Positions 28,423 to 37,837 are shown, numbered from the stretch's first letter. The stretch is DNA of 64,000 nt from Vicinamibacterales bacterium (GCA_050183995.1 JBFXAT010000021.1:26-64025); one strand, 5' to 3'. Notes: generated by a model not told the origin, from the sequence alone. Made by a program: numbers and translations.

Positions 28423-29793
28423 CTAGACCGGTTCGATGACGACGTACCGGTCCGTCATCTGACGGACGCGGGCGGCGCCAATTCCGCGTGAACGGCATCC
28501 GGCGACGACCGTCTCCACGTACTCCGAGCTCAGCCGGCCTCGCTTCGACGTCAGGTATCGATCTTCGGTCCGCTTGAGCACTCGCCGGACATTCGCGCGG
28601 AGTCCACCTCCGCCTGGCAGCGTGACGCTCGATGAGTCGATCGTCTCCTCGTCCAACGCCTCGAGCGTCTGCTTCACCAGGAGAGGGACGGCCGCCTCGT
28701 TCAGGTTGTTGAGCATGCTCCGGGCATCGTCCGACCACTCGTGGGTGAACGCGTCGCCAGACAGCAGGCGATCGACGTGCCCCAGCGCCTCGGCGACGGA
28801 GCCGGCCGTCACCCCGGCCTCCCGCGCCACTTCCACGTCGAGCCCGTCACGGTCGGAGCTGGACGGCAGGAAGTTCACGACCGGCCGGCGGGCAAGTACG
28901 GCCTCGACGCCGGACGTCGAGTTGCTGTGAACGACCACACGGGCGGGCCGAATCCAGTCGAGCACGTTCCCCTCTCGCCTCACCGTGACGTTCCTCACAG
29001 TCGCAAATGCCTGCTGATAGAACTCGGTGCTCTCTGACGGGTGCGGCCGGATCACGACCGTGAGCTTCGGATAGCCGCGGGCCATCTCCTTGACGAGAAC
29101 GACGAACTCGGCGAAATCGTGGGCGTCCTGACGCCACTTCTTGAACCAGACGTCGGTGACCTCCTCCGTGCTGATGCTGGCTGGCCAGGCATTGCGATTG
29201 AGCTTGATCTGGAAGGGCGCGGCCATTCCCTTGCTGTGGGCAAGCGCGCTGAACCGCGTACACGCGAGAATGAATCCATCGTCGCCGAACCCGGTGGCCG
29301 CGTTCGGCTCCCGTGAGAGCCACGAATAGTCCGGGGAGCACAAGTCGAACCTCGCGCTGCCCGTCACGGAGATGCGCCCGCGCAGCGCCGGAAGATGGGC
29401 CGACACCACCTCCCCCTGGCGCGCGCCCCACACGCACATCCGGTGCACGCGCCTTGTACGAAAGTGATCGGTCCAGTGCTTGTGGAGCGTCTGCTCGACC
29501 CAGGAATCGGCCTGGTGCATCGCTCCCTCGTCAGTGATGAAGACAACGGCCGAGCCATTTTCAATCAGACGGTCGGCCAGGTGGTTGTCCGATCGAACGG
29601 AGAACAGGCTCTTGCCCTGCCAGACGACACGCCGGGAGCTCCTGGCGATCTCGGTCACCGCTTCCTTGTGACCGACAATGGAACGGCACCCTCGCTCGGC
29701 AAGGGCACACGCCATGACAAGCTTGCTATCGAGCTCTCGAGCGGCAGTCTCGACCGAAAACAGGACTGTCGGGCGGTCTGGTCCGAGTTTCAC
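28423..29793 (-). CDS. Uncharacterised GT-B-like surface-carbohydrate biosynthesis protein
   Basis: 456 aa. 'VVVHSNSTSGVEAVLARRPVVNF' resembles the C-terminal Rossmann half of capsule-synthesis or GT-B enzymes. GTGA overlap with the downstream GT gene. Confidence 0.6.
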   Translation of the reverse strand: MKLGPDRPTVLFSVETAARELDSKLVMACALAERGCRSIVGHKEAVTEIARSSRRVVWQGKSLFSVRSDNHLADRLIENGSAVVFITDEGAMHQADSWVEQTLHKHWTDHFRTRRVHRMCVWGARQGEVVSAHLPALRGRISVTGSARFDLCSPDYSWLSREPNAATGFGDDGFILACTRFSALAHSKGMAAPFQIKLNRNAWPASISTEEVTDVWFKKWRQDAHDFAEFVVLVKEMARGYPKLTVVIRPHPSESTEFYQQAFATVRNVTVRREGNVLDWIRPARVVVHSNSTSGVEAVLARRPVVNFLPSSSDRDGLDVEVAREAGVTAGSVAEALGHVDRLLSGDAFTHEWSDDARSMLNNLNEAAVPLLVKQTLEALDEETIDSSSVTLPGGGGLRANVRRVLKRTEDRYLTSKRGRLSSEYVETVVAGCRSRGIGAARVRQMTDRYVVIEPV

Positions 29794-30950
29794 AGTCCTC
29801 TCGAACCTCTCGTGGAACGGCTGTCACGCTCGACTGCGCTCCCATCGCCGTGCCCACGGCCCGACCGGACATCGGCAATCAAACCGGCGGTGACAGCAGC
29901 AAGGCGGTCGCCACATCCCGGGCCGGCGACGGCCTCCGCCAGGCGCTGCTGCGCGGCGCGACCCTTCTCCCAGAACGCCTGGTAATCGGCGAGCACGCGA
30001 TCGAACGCCTCCCGCAGGGTCTGTTCGTCGCAGGGATCGACGACCGTCCCCGCCACGCCATCTTCGATGAAGCCCTGCGACGCGTCCGTGGACACGAGGA
30101 GCGGGAATCCGTACTCCATGTACTCCAACATCGCCCTGGGAAGACCTTCGCTGCTCGAGACGTGGACACCCACGCCCTGAAGCACGGGATACAGCTCGTG
30201 CGGATTGGCGAAACCATGAAAGACGACGTCCGGGCGCTCCTGGAAAGCCTTCACGATCCACTCGCAGCCGGCACCCATCGGGCCGATGACGTGGAACTCT
30301 CCGTCGAGCGACGTGCGCGACGCCCACGCTCGCAGAGCCACGTCGAGGCGCTTACGCCGCTTGAACGCCGACGTGTACAGGAATCGGGGCACGTCCGGGC
30401 ACGGTGCAGGAGGTCGAGTGCCGTAGATCCCGGCATCCACGGGCAGGACAACATGCACGCGCTCGGCAGGAATACCGGCCGCGATCATGTTGTTCCGCTC
30501 TCGTTCGGTGTACGTGACGACGCGCGACGCGAGGTGCGCACCAGGGTCCGCCTTCGCTCCGGGCTCATAGTGGACCGTCCACTCGACCACCGTGGGAATG
30601 CCGAGCCGCGCGCACCGCTCCAGCAAGGACGGGAACCCGTTCGGCTGGAGAACCGCCGAGATGTCGCCGCGTCGAAGGCGTCTCTCGGCTGCAGCGGTGA
30701 TTGCCCGCTTCTGTGCCCGCTTCCACCGACGCTTCGTCAGCAGCCCGGCCCGCCGCGCACAACGGAGCAGGAACAGACGGGCCCACACCCACGCTCCCGC
30801 AAGCCACCCCATGCTCCGCACGGCCTGGACGCAGTCCGGAACACCGCAGAAGACGGGCTCGAGTCCGTGCCTTCGCAATCCGTCAATCACCGCACGGAGG
30901 TGGGGAGCCTTGTAGTTCCTCCCGGCGAGCCCGCTGTTGAACACCACCAA
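29790..30950 (-). CDS. GT4-like glycosyltransferase
   Basis: 'SSEGLPRAMLEYMEYGFPLLVSTDASQGFIEDGVAGTVVDP'. Start set at in-frame TTG 30950 (GTGs at 30947 and 30944). The listed ORF extends to 31223 and would overlap the upstream gene by 200 nt. Confidence 0.7.
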   Translation of the reverse strand: MVVFNSGLAGRNYKAPHLRAVIDGLRRHGLEPVFCGVPDCVQAVRSMGWLAGAWVWARLFLLRCARRAGLLTKRRWKRAQKRAITAAAERRLRRGDISAVLQPNGFPSLLERCARLGIPTVVEWTVHYEPGAKADPGAHLASRVVTYTERERNNMIAAGIPAERVHVVLPVDAGIYGTRPPAPCPDVPRFLYTSAFKRRKRLDVALRAWASRTSLDGEFHVIGPMGAGCEWIVKAFQERPDVVFHGFANPHELYPVLQGVGVHVSSSEGLPRAMLEYMEYGFPLLVSTDASQGFIEDGVAGTVVDPCDEQTLREAFDRVLADYQAFWEKGRAAQQRLAEAVAGPGCGDRLAAVTAGLIADVRSGRGHGDGSAVERDSRSTRGSRGL

Positions 30951-30982
30951 GACGCGGGGTGCTGGTTCGCGCGGCGATCCCC

Positions 30983-31020
30983 CGGTTGGCGAGCCCTCGG
31001 TTGGCGACCCCTCGGTGCTG
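30983..31020. repeat. 15-nt tandem repeat (about 2.5 copies)
   Basis: cggttggcgagccct / cggttggcgacccct / cggtgctg, in the spacer between the ATP-grasp stop (31022) and the likely GT start (30950). Confidence 0.7.
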
Positions 31021-31021
31021 G

Positions 31022-31951
31022 TCAACGATCCCCCCCTGCGACCGGCCAGCGGCGACCCAATTCGAAGTCGTAGGACTGGGGATCGAATCGACCCAGTCCG
31101 CATTCGGGATAGTGGGTCATCTCTCCGAAGTAGATCCGGTCGCGCACGACGTACAGATCCACGCGCACGAAGTCGAACCCCGCGCTCAGCTTCTCGGCAA
31201 TCTCGAGCATGGCTGCCAAACACGCCGGTCGCGAGGCGCCTCGCCCGTCAGGGTACTTGTACGTGACGCTCAGCCGGTTCCAGTCGGGGTCGTACAGACT
31301 CCGCGTGTGGTTCGTGAAGCGATCCACGTCCACTTGGATGACCGCGCACGCGCCGCCAAACATGAACAACTTGTAGTCGGCCGGGATGTCGCCTGTCTCG
31401 TCCAGGAGCAGGGACTCCACGACAATCTTTCGCGGGATGTCTGCGTAGGCCCACTCCCCTTTGACCGCGTCGAAGGGCGCGCGCAGCCACCGCTTGCAAT
31501 CGGACACGACGGCCGCCCGATTCACGACGCCGTCTCGAACGATCACGTTCCGGCCAGACGAATGGTTGGCCTTGATGACGTAATCGGACGGCAGTGTCTC
31601 GAACGGGATGGACTCCGGATCGGTGGTCGCGTAGAGAAGGGGCACCAGGATCCGTCGAGCTGCTTCGTGGCCCAACCGATCCTGCACGTAGTCGCGCACC
31701 GCAAACTTGTCGGCAGTGATGGTGAGCGAGGGGTTTCGGTCGTACAGCTTCTTCCAGGCCAGCCGGTGGTTGAAGGATCGCGGAGCCTTCAGGTCCAAGG
31801 CGTATCCCAGCTTCCGCTGGAACATCCGGTGCGCCGAGGGGTAGCCTCGCATCCGCTCGAACGGCTGTTGCAGCGTTGCTCGCGAGGATGCCACGAGAGA
31901 CGCCAACCTCGCGCGGAGCGATACCGAATCGCGGGAACTCGGGGGTGTCAC
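31022..31951 (-). CDS. TupA-like ATP-grasp amidoligase family protein
   Basis: 'FNHRLAWKKLYDRNP', 'VIKANHSSGRNVIV', 'DYKLFMFGGACAVIQVDVDRF', 'IYFGEMTHYP'. GTGA overlap with the upstream gene. Confidence 0.75.
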   Translation of the reverse strand: MTPPSSRDSVSLRARLASLVASSRATLQQPFERMRGYPSAHRMFQRKLGYALDLKAPRSFNHRLAWKKLYDRNPSLTITADKFAVRDYVQDRLGHEAARRILVPLLYATTDPESIPFETLPSDYVIKANHSSGRNVIVRDGVVNRAAVVSDCKRWLRAPFDAVKGEWAYADIPRKIVVESLLLDETGDIPADYKLFMFGGACAVIQVDVDRFTNHTRSLYDPDWNRLSVTYKYPDGRGASRPACLAAMLEIAEKLSAGFDFVRVDLYVVRDRIYFGEMTHYPECGLGRFDPQSYDFELGRRWPVAGGDR

Positions 31952-32970
31952 CGCTCCTCCGTCCTCACCCCCAACCGTTCGCGCAGGCGCTCCGAGAACC
32001 TGAGAATGGTCTCGTCCCGAACGGTCGCGCGCTCGATCAGTCGTGCCTTCCGCTCGCGCTTGGCTCGCCGCTTCTGCAGTCCGCGCAGAGACAGGTCGCC
32101 GCGCATGTTGCAGCCGTCCAGCTTGCGGGCAAACTCCTCTTCAGACCTCACGAAGTAGTGATTCAGCCTCAAGACCCGGCTGGGAAGCCCTGAGCCGTCA
32201 GCCGGGACCCACTGCTGGCGCGCATCCTCGCCGATCCAGCGCCGGGCCTCATCGTAGGCACCGGTCACGTTCCCGTCGAGCGTGAACAGGTGGACCTTCA
32301 CCGCCTTCACCCGCCGCGGGTCGACGATGCTCTTCCACTGGATCAGACTTCCGTCGGAATCCGCAGGTGATGGAACCGGCGCCCGCTCCAGATAGTTCTC
32401 GACGACGAGCCCTTGCGGAGGGCGCTTGTGCCCTGCGGATCCGAATATGTGCCAAGGCACCGCCACGGCGGGCAGATCCTCGTACGCCGCCAGCGTCAGG
32501 GCCACGCTGTCGCCCTCGACCGGAAACAGGAACTCGTCGACGTCGATGAAGGCCATCCACCGCGATCGGCCACCGAAGTTGCAGATCGCGTGGGCGTACG
32601 CCTGCCGTTGGGCGTGCGCAGCCGCATCGAACGACGCCCACGGAATCGTGGTGACGAAGCCCGACGCGACGTACGGTGCGAGCACGTCGATCGTGTCGTC
32701 GTCGCTGCCGTTGTCATACAAGTACACATGCGCCACGCCGACCAGCCGGTGAAACTCGATCCACTCTGGCAGGTACCTGCCCTCGTTGCGGGCAATGGCG
32801 ACGATCGTCAGATAGCGGTCGCACGGTGAATGCCTCGAGGCGTCGAGAGGGACGATCGGCGTACCGTCGCTTCCGCCGCCGGGTTCCGACCGGTATTTCG
32901 AGGGTCGCTCGGCGTGTGGCTTCCCTCGAAGTCGGCGTAGCGCGCCGATCAGTCTGGACAGATCTACCAA
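31948..32970 (-). CDS. Glycosyltransferase, Glyco_tranf_2_4 / GT92-like
   Basis: 'YLTIVAIARNEGRYLPEWIEFHRLVGVAHVYLYDNGSDDDT', 'WMAFIDVDEFLFP'. Confidence 0.7.
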   Translation of the reverse strand: MVDLSRLIGALRRLRGKPHAERPSKYRSEPGGGSDGTPIVPLDASRHSPCDRYLTIVAIARNEGRYLPEWIEFHRLVGVAHVYLYDNGSDDDTIDVLAPYVASGFVTTIPWASFDAAAHAQRQAYAHAICNFGGRSRWMAFIDVDEFLFPVEGDSVALTLAAYEDLPAVAVPWHIFGSAGHKRPPQGLVVENYLERAPVPSPADSDGSLIQWKSIVDPRRVKAVKVHLFTLDGNVTGAYDEARRWIGEDARQQWVPADGSGLPSRVLRLNHYFVRSEEEFARKLDGCNMRGDLSLRGLQKRRAKRERKARLIERATVRDETILRFSERLRERLGVRTEER

Positions 32971-32985
32971 GGCGCTAGGGACTCC

Positions 32986-33993
32986 TCACTGAGTCCGCAA
33001 TCGCTTGGCGACACGCGTCAGAGCGCTGCGAACAGGGCGAAGACGCCAGAACGGCTGGCGCGGCACGGTCTCTTCGTCTGCATCGGCGCCATGCCGCCTC
33101 GGCCCTGGCGCGGTCGAAAGCGCGGATGCGAGCTCCTCTGGGAACCCGCCGATCGCTTGTCGCGACGCTTCCGCGCACTTGCGGGCGCGCTGCCTGGCGT
33201 CGAGTGCCAGACACCGCGCGAGTGCGGCGTCGAGCACGCTGTCGGTCACATCGTCGATGCCGAAGACTTCGGGCCATCCGATGACGCGGGCCTGGCGGCT
33301 GACCTTCCCGCCTCCGGAAATGGCGTCGATCGCCACGACGGGCACCTCGTTCTTCAGGGCCAGCACCATTCCGTGAAGGCGGTTCGTCAGCACGACGTCG
33401 CACCTGGCGCACAGGGACTCGAACTGGCTCGGAGATGCGAGACCGACCGCGTTGCGATGTGCTGGCCACTCGGTATCCAGGTCGAGCAGAGCAAGACCTG
33501 CCCGCTTCGCGAGCCGATTGAGAAGCTCCGCGGCCTCCCGATGCATCTGTCGCGAACCGTATTCACCTTGTCTCTTGACCAGGCAGACTCCCGCAACCGG
33601 GACCTTCTTGACCTCCTCCATGAAGCTCAGATCGGGCTTCTGCCACCGGTCGCTGTCGCGGCCGACGTAGACGTCAAGAGGGTCGTAGGCATCGAGCGGC
33701 TCCACCATCGTCAGGTTCACGCCGACCATCGTGCAATGGGCAAATCGTGCCAGGTCCAGTCCCGTACGCTGTAGATATCCGCGGCTCAGCGGACCGCAGA
33801 CGAACAACAGATGGCTGTACCGCTGCGGCCTGATGTCGCCTATGCCGATCCAGCCCGAACCCTCCGTTCTGACCTTCCGGGAATAGCTGGCAATGTCGTA
33901 GTCGATCCGCGAGGCCCGGAGCTGTCGCTCCACCTGCGAGAGCACCTCGATGTCTCCCACAGTGCTGAAGTGTCCAATCAGCAGGGCGCGCAT
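32986..33993 (-). CDS. Polysaccharide pyruvyl transferase family protein
   Basis: 'MRALLIGHFSTVGDIEVL' N-terminus and 'VLTNRLHGMVLALKNEVPVVAID'. Confidence 0.75.
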   Translation of the reverse strand: MRALLIGHFSTVGDIEVLSQVERQLRASRIDYDIASYSRKVRTEGSGWIGIGDIRPQRYSHLLFVCGPLSRGYLQRTGLDLARFAHCTMVGVNLTMVEPLDAYDPLDVYVGRDSDRWQKPDLSFMEEVKKVPVAGVCLVKRQGEYGSRQMHREAAELLNRLAKRAGLALLDLDTEWPAHRNAVGLASPSQFESLCARCDVVLTNRLHGMVLALKNEVPVVAIDAISGGGKVSRQARVIGWPEVFGIDDVTDSVLDAALARCLALDARQRARKCAEASRQAIGGFPEELASALSTAPGPRRHGADADEETVPRQPFWRLRPVRSALTRVAKRLRTQ

Positions 33994-33998
33994 CCCGT

Positions 33999-34946
33999 CT
34001 ACGACACTGAGGCAGGAAGAAGCGACTCGTGCGCCAGCAGATGTCGCAGTCCCTCGGCGAGCGAGTACTTCGCGCGCATGCCGGTCAGCGAATGGAGCCG
34101 GCGCGTGTCGGCCCGTTGATGGAGCTTGTCTGCGCGTCTGACCCTGTCCGGATCGACATCAATATCGATCGGGCGGCCCAGCAGCTCGGCCATCGTATCG
34201 AGGATGTCGCGGGCCGAATGCTCCAGCCCGGTGCCGACGTTCACGAGCGTGAACTTTTCCCGACACGAGCGCGCGATCCCGTGAAGGAGATCGGCGACAT
34301 CGTCGACGTGAATGTAATCGCGACGCGTGTGGATGTTGCCGAGCCGGACCGGACCGCCCTGGTGCAGGCTCGCCACGATGTGCGGGATCAGGTGGGGGTT
34401 TGTCTCGTACGGCCCGAACGTATTGAAGAGACGCGCAGCGACGCAGGCGAGCGAGGTGGTCGTGGCGAAGAACCGTGCGACTTGCTCCGACAGCAGTTTG
34501 CTCAACCCGTAGACGTCCGCGGGAACAGGTTCGATGTCTTCGTTGAGATCGCCGTCCTGACTTGGGTAGAGGACGCCGCTCGAAGCGACGACCGCAATTC
34601 TGACGCCGCGTCGGGCCGCCTCGTGCAGGACACGATGCGTCCCCTCGACGTTCAACCGCATGGTTTCGATGGGATGCGCGTCGCAGAACGGGATGAAGTG
34701 ATGCGCCGCCAAGTGCCACACGATGTTCGGACGGACGTCCGCCATCGCGTCGTGAAGGTGGTGCGAGTCCAGGATGTCGACCTGGCGGAAATCGATGGCG
34801 TCCATGAACGGAGCGAGATGGTCCAGCCGTCCTGTTGACAGGTTGTCGAGAACCGTCACACGGTGTCCTTCAGTCAGGCAACGCGCGACCAGCGCACGCC
34901 CGATGAATCCCGCGCCACCTGTAATGAGCACACGCTCGTTCGTCAC
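33999..34946 (-). CDS. NAD-dependent sugar epimerase/dehydratase (extended SDR)
   Basis: 'VLITGGAGFIGRAL', catalytic 'YGLSKLLSE'. GTGA overlap with the upstream GT. Confidence 0.85.
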   Translation of the reverse strand: MTNERVLITGGAGFIGRALVARCLTEGHRVTVLDNLSTGRLDHLAPFMDAIDFRQVDILDSHHLHDAMADVRPNIVWHLAAHHFIPFCDAHPIETMRLNVEGTHRVLHEAARRGVRIAVVASSGVLYPSQDGDLNEDIEPVPADVYGLSKLLSEQVARFFATTTSLACVAARLFNTFGPYETNPHLIPHIVASLHQGGPVRLGNIHTRRDYIHVDDVADLLHGIARSCREKFTLVNVGTGLEHSARDILDTMAELLGRPIDIDVDPDRVRRADKLHQRADTRRLHSLTGMRAKYSLAEGLRHLLAHESLLPASVS

Positions 34947-36238
34947 GCGCCTCCTTCGGCGGACCGGAGGCCCGCTTCGCCGGCTTCAATCAACGGCAGG
35001 TACGCAGCCTCCAGTGCGCGGGTCACTGATTCCCGGGAAAAGCGAGCCTTGACCAGGTCACGCCCGCGCTCGCCCATACGACGACGGCGTGGCTCGTCGC
35101 GAAGGAGCTCGACGATCTGTTCGCCAATCGCCGCCGGGTCCTGCTCGATGACGATGCCGGCGGAATGACCCTCGATGAGCGCCTTCAGACCGTGCGCGGT
35201 GCCACCGACAACTGCCTTCCCATACGTCCACGCCTCGAGATAGACGGCCGGGAGAATCTCGTACTTGGACGGCATCGCGAAGAGGTCGCACGCAGCCAGC
35301 GCGTCGGCCTTCTCCTGCTCGCTGATGAGGCCGAGATACCGCACCCGATCGTCCGGTCGATTGGCAAACCAGGCCCGCTCGGTTTCTCCGGCCGGGCCGG
35401 CAAACAGAAAATGCACGTCGGGCAGATGCGCCCACACGGCAGGCGCGGCGTCGAGCATCGCCCGCACGCCCTTGGCTTCGGTGACGCGCCCGACGAACAG
35501 CACGATCGGCTTGCCGACGAGCCCGTGCCGGCTGCGGAAGGCTTGCGGGTCGCACGTGGGGGGAAGGAGCGGCACGACGCCGAGGAGGCGTATCTTCTCT
35601 TCACTCACACCCAACTCCGCGAGCATTCGCGCATCGGACTCGAGCAGAGCAAAGACGACATCGGCCCGCTGGCAGAGCTCGATCTGGCTGACCGGGTTGC
35701 GCTTCTGGTCCACGTGGAGGTACGGCGTGATCAGGAATGGCACGCCTTCGGCGCGAGCGGCCGCTTCCGCGGCCCAGCCCAGACGACCGCTGGCCAACGC
35801 GTGAACGATGTCCGTGCCTCTCATCAGCAGACGGAGCTGGGGGACGACCGCGGACAGGAACGCCTCGAAGCCGGCGCGTCGCCACCAGCTGTCGGTCCGT
35901 CGGGTCGGACGGATCTTTTGCCAGGCGAACGGCAACAGACGCAGACGCCCGTTGGTCGACGCCGTGATCGCGTGGACAGGAACCCGGCCGTCCTGATAGC
36001 TCGGGTGATGCCGAAGGAGGAGATTCGACTGGAACGCGTGCACGCTGCGCGGACCGACCAGTCGTGACGCAGGACCACTCGGCCGCCTACGCTGCTCGGC
36101 GCTACGAAAATTGACGGCAGCGACCTCGACGTGGTGTCTCGTCGCGAGGTCGTGCGCCACCAGGCGGAGTTGCGTCTGAATACCGCCGACAGATGGGTGG
36201 TACGAATTGGCGACGAACAGGATCTTCATCTCACGCAC
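34943..36238 (-). CDS. GT4-family glycosyltransferase
   Basis: 'MKILFVANSYHPSVGGIQTQ', 'YEILPAVYLEAWTYGKAVVGG'. Confidence 0.85.
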   Translation of the reverse strand: MREMKILFVANSYHPSVGGIQTQLRLVAHDLATRHHVEVAAVNFRSAEQRRRPSGPASRLVGPRSVHAFQSNLLLRHHPSYQDGRVPVHAITASTNGRLRLLPFAWQKIRPTRRTDSWWRRAGFEAFLSAVVPQLRLLMRGTDIVHALASGRLGWAAEAAARAEGVPFLITPYLHVDQKRNPVSQIELCQRADVVFALLESDARMLAELGVSEEKIRLLGVVPLLPPTCDPQAFRSRHGLVGKPIVLFVGRVTEAKGVRAMLDAAPAVWAHLPDVHFLFAGPAGETERAWFANRPDDRVRYLGLISEQEKADALAACDLFAMPSKYEILPAVYLEAWTYGKAVVGGTAHGLKALIEGHSAGIVIEQDPAAIGEQIVELLRDEPRRRRMGERGRDLVKARFSRESVTRALEAAYLPLIEAGEAGLRSAEGGA

Positions 36239-36307
36239 ACCAGCGCGTCTCGCGGAACGTCAGCCTGCGTCGTCGACGCCGGGGTCGCTCCCCGGCGCGC
36301 GCCCACG

Positions 36308-37837
36308 TCAGAGCTGATAGCGTCCCCACTGGCTCACGATGGTCTTGCGCTCCCGCTTCGGTACCGCGTTGATGCGCTTGTCCTCGTAGAACGAGTCGTC
36401 GTTGTAGTGCGTGCTCGAGATCTCCTCGAACACGAGCCCCGTCTCCGTCCAGAACGAGTGCCACGCTCCCTGCGGGACCACGAGCGTGTCCCCCGGATGC
36501 AACGTGCGCCGGCGTCCCTCGATCTCGACCTCCATCAGGCCGCTCAGCACCTGAAACGTCTCTTCCTTCCGCTTGTGATAGTGGTTCGGGTGCCGCTGGC
36601 CGGGGAGTTGAACGATCAGCTTCTTGCAGTACTCGCGATTGACGCAGTCGATGAGGATCGCGCCAACCTCGTGGAAGCGTGGGATGCCGTAGTGATGAGA
36701 GAACTCGAGACGGAAGTCCGTTGGCAGTGAAATGCGCGCCTCGTTCAGCATCGCCTTGACGGTATGCACGGCATCGACGAGCACTAGCGTTGCGCGCGGA
36801 GCGGGAATCGAGACCAAGTCCTGCGTCAGCGGGCTGTCCTTGGGGAGATCCACCGTGGCCGACATGCCCTCGACCCACTGTCCGGACGAGAGCCCCCCGG
36901 GCGACAGCGGCATCGCGAAGTAGACGTCCGTCCGCCCAATCGGCGTGCCTGCCGCGATCGTCTCGCGCACGAAGATGCCGCGCTGCAAGCTCCCCAGCGA
37001 CTCGAGCTCTTCTGCCTTGGCTGGCAGTCGACTCGCCGCACCGCACATCGTCTTGGCTCTGAGCGCCGACTTGATCCATCGGTCGATCTGCCCGGGGGTC
37101 GAGGAATAGGCGTTGAGCGAAATGGTCTCGGTGCGGATGCCGACGTGGCGCTCCAGGATCTCGGCCCCCTTCGCGACGGCGACCATCACGGCGCCGGTCT
37201 CGTCGGGACACTCGTGCGTCGAGAACCCGATCACGGTGTTGCGGTAGCGTCCGCGCAGCACTTCGATCTGGTTCAGCTGCAGGTCTTCGATCGGCGTCGG
37301 GTAGATCGACACGCAGTGCATCAGCGCGAAGTGCACGCGCCGATGATCGAGGAAGCTGACGATGTCATCGATGGCGTCAATCGCCAGCCCGCCCGTCGAC
37401 ACGACGACGGGCCGATTCTGCGTCGCAATGCGCTCGAGCAGCGGCCAGTCGGTGGCCGAACAGCTCGCCACCTTCACCACGTCGATCCCGAGCGCCTCGA
37501 TGAGCTCGACGGACTCCTCGTCGAACGGCGTCGCCATCGTGACCATCCCGGCGTCCCGCACGGCCTCGACCAGCCGCTCGACGTCGCCACGGGACAACGC
37601 CGTGCTCAAGAACCGCGGCACGTGGCGGTTGGCACTCCCCGCCTTGTGGGCCGGATGCACGAACGTGTCGAGCTGGCGCAGCTGAAGCTTGAGTGCCGCG
37701 CGGACGCCGTTCTCCGCGGCGACGCGCCCGCACTCGGAGACGATCCGAAGCCCGTGGTCGACGAACCCCTGATGGTTGTTGGCGAGATCCAGTACGAAGA
37801 GTCCGCGAAGATCGAAGGATGTATCCAATCGCGTCAC
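36308..37837 (-). CDS. NeuB-family (PEP-condensing sialic-acid-synthase-like) enzyme fused to SAF and C-terminal cupin domains
   Basis: Start set at in-frame GTG 37837. 'LDLANNHQGFVDHG', 'VKVASCSATDWPLLE', 'VVVSTGG', 'LMHCVSIYPTP', 'GFSTHE' (NeuB-like). SAF-like 'IFVRETIAAGTPIGRTDVYF'. Cupin 'HPNHYHKRKEETFQVLSGLMEVEIEG...PGDTLVVPQGAWHSF'. Confidence 0.8.
   Translation of the reverse strand: MTRLDTSFDLRGLFVLDLANNHQGFVDHGLRIVSECGRVAAENGVRAALKLQLRQLDTFVHPAHKAGSANRHVPRFLSTALSRGDVERLVEAVRDAGMVTMATPFDEESVELIEALGIDVVKVASCSATDWPLLERIATQNRPVVVSTGGLAIDAIDDIVSFLDHRRVHFALMHCVSIYPTPIEDLQLNQIEVLRGRYRNTVIGFSTHECPDETGAVMVAVAKGAEILERHVGIRTETISLNAYSSTPGQIDRWIKSALRAKTMCGAASRLPAKAEELESLGSLQRGIFVRETIAAGTPIGRTDVYFAMPLSPGGLSSGQWVEGMSATVDLPKDSPLTQDLVSIPAPRATLVLVDAVHTVKAMLNEARISLPTDFRLEFSHHYGIPRFHEVGAILIDCVNREYCKKLIVQLPGQRHPNHYHKRKEETFQVLSGLMEVEIEGRRRTLHPGDTLVVPQGAWHSFWTETGLVFEEISSTHYNDDSFYEDKRINAVPKRERKTIVSQWGRYQL

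Noticed and set aside
29790-31223. Long form of the GT ORF with an 'EGSPTEGSPTGGSP' repeat and a 200-nt overlap with the ATP-grasp gene
   Set aside because: The overlap is atypical for this locus, where overlaps are 1-4 nt. The N-terminal 90 residues are Arg-rich and low-complexity. GT-like sequence starts at ~30950.
36250-36300. 7-bp hairpin GCCGGGG-tcgct-CCCCGGC between the NeuB-like gene and the next GT as a terminator
   Set aside because: There is no U-run, and the genes are otherwise organised as one operon. It is probably incidental GC-rich structure.
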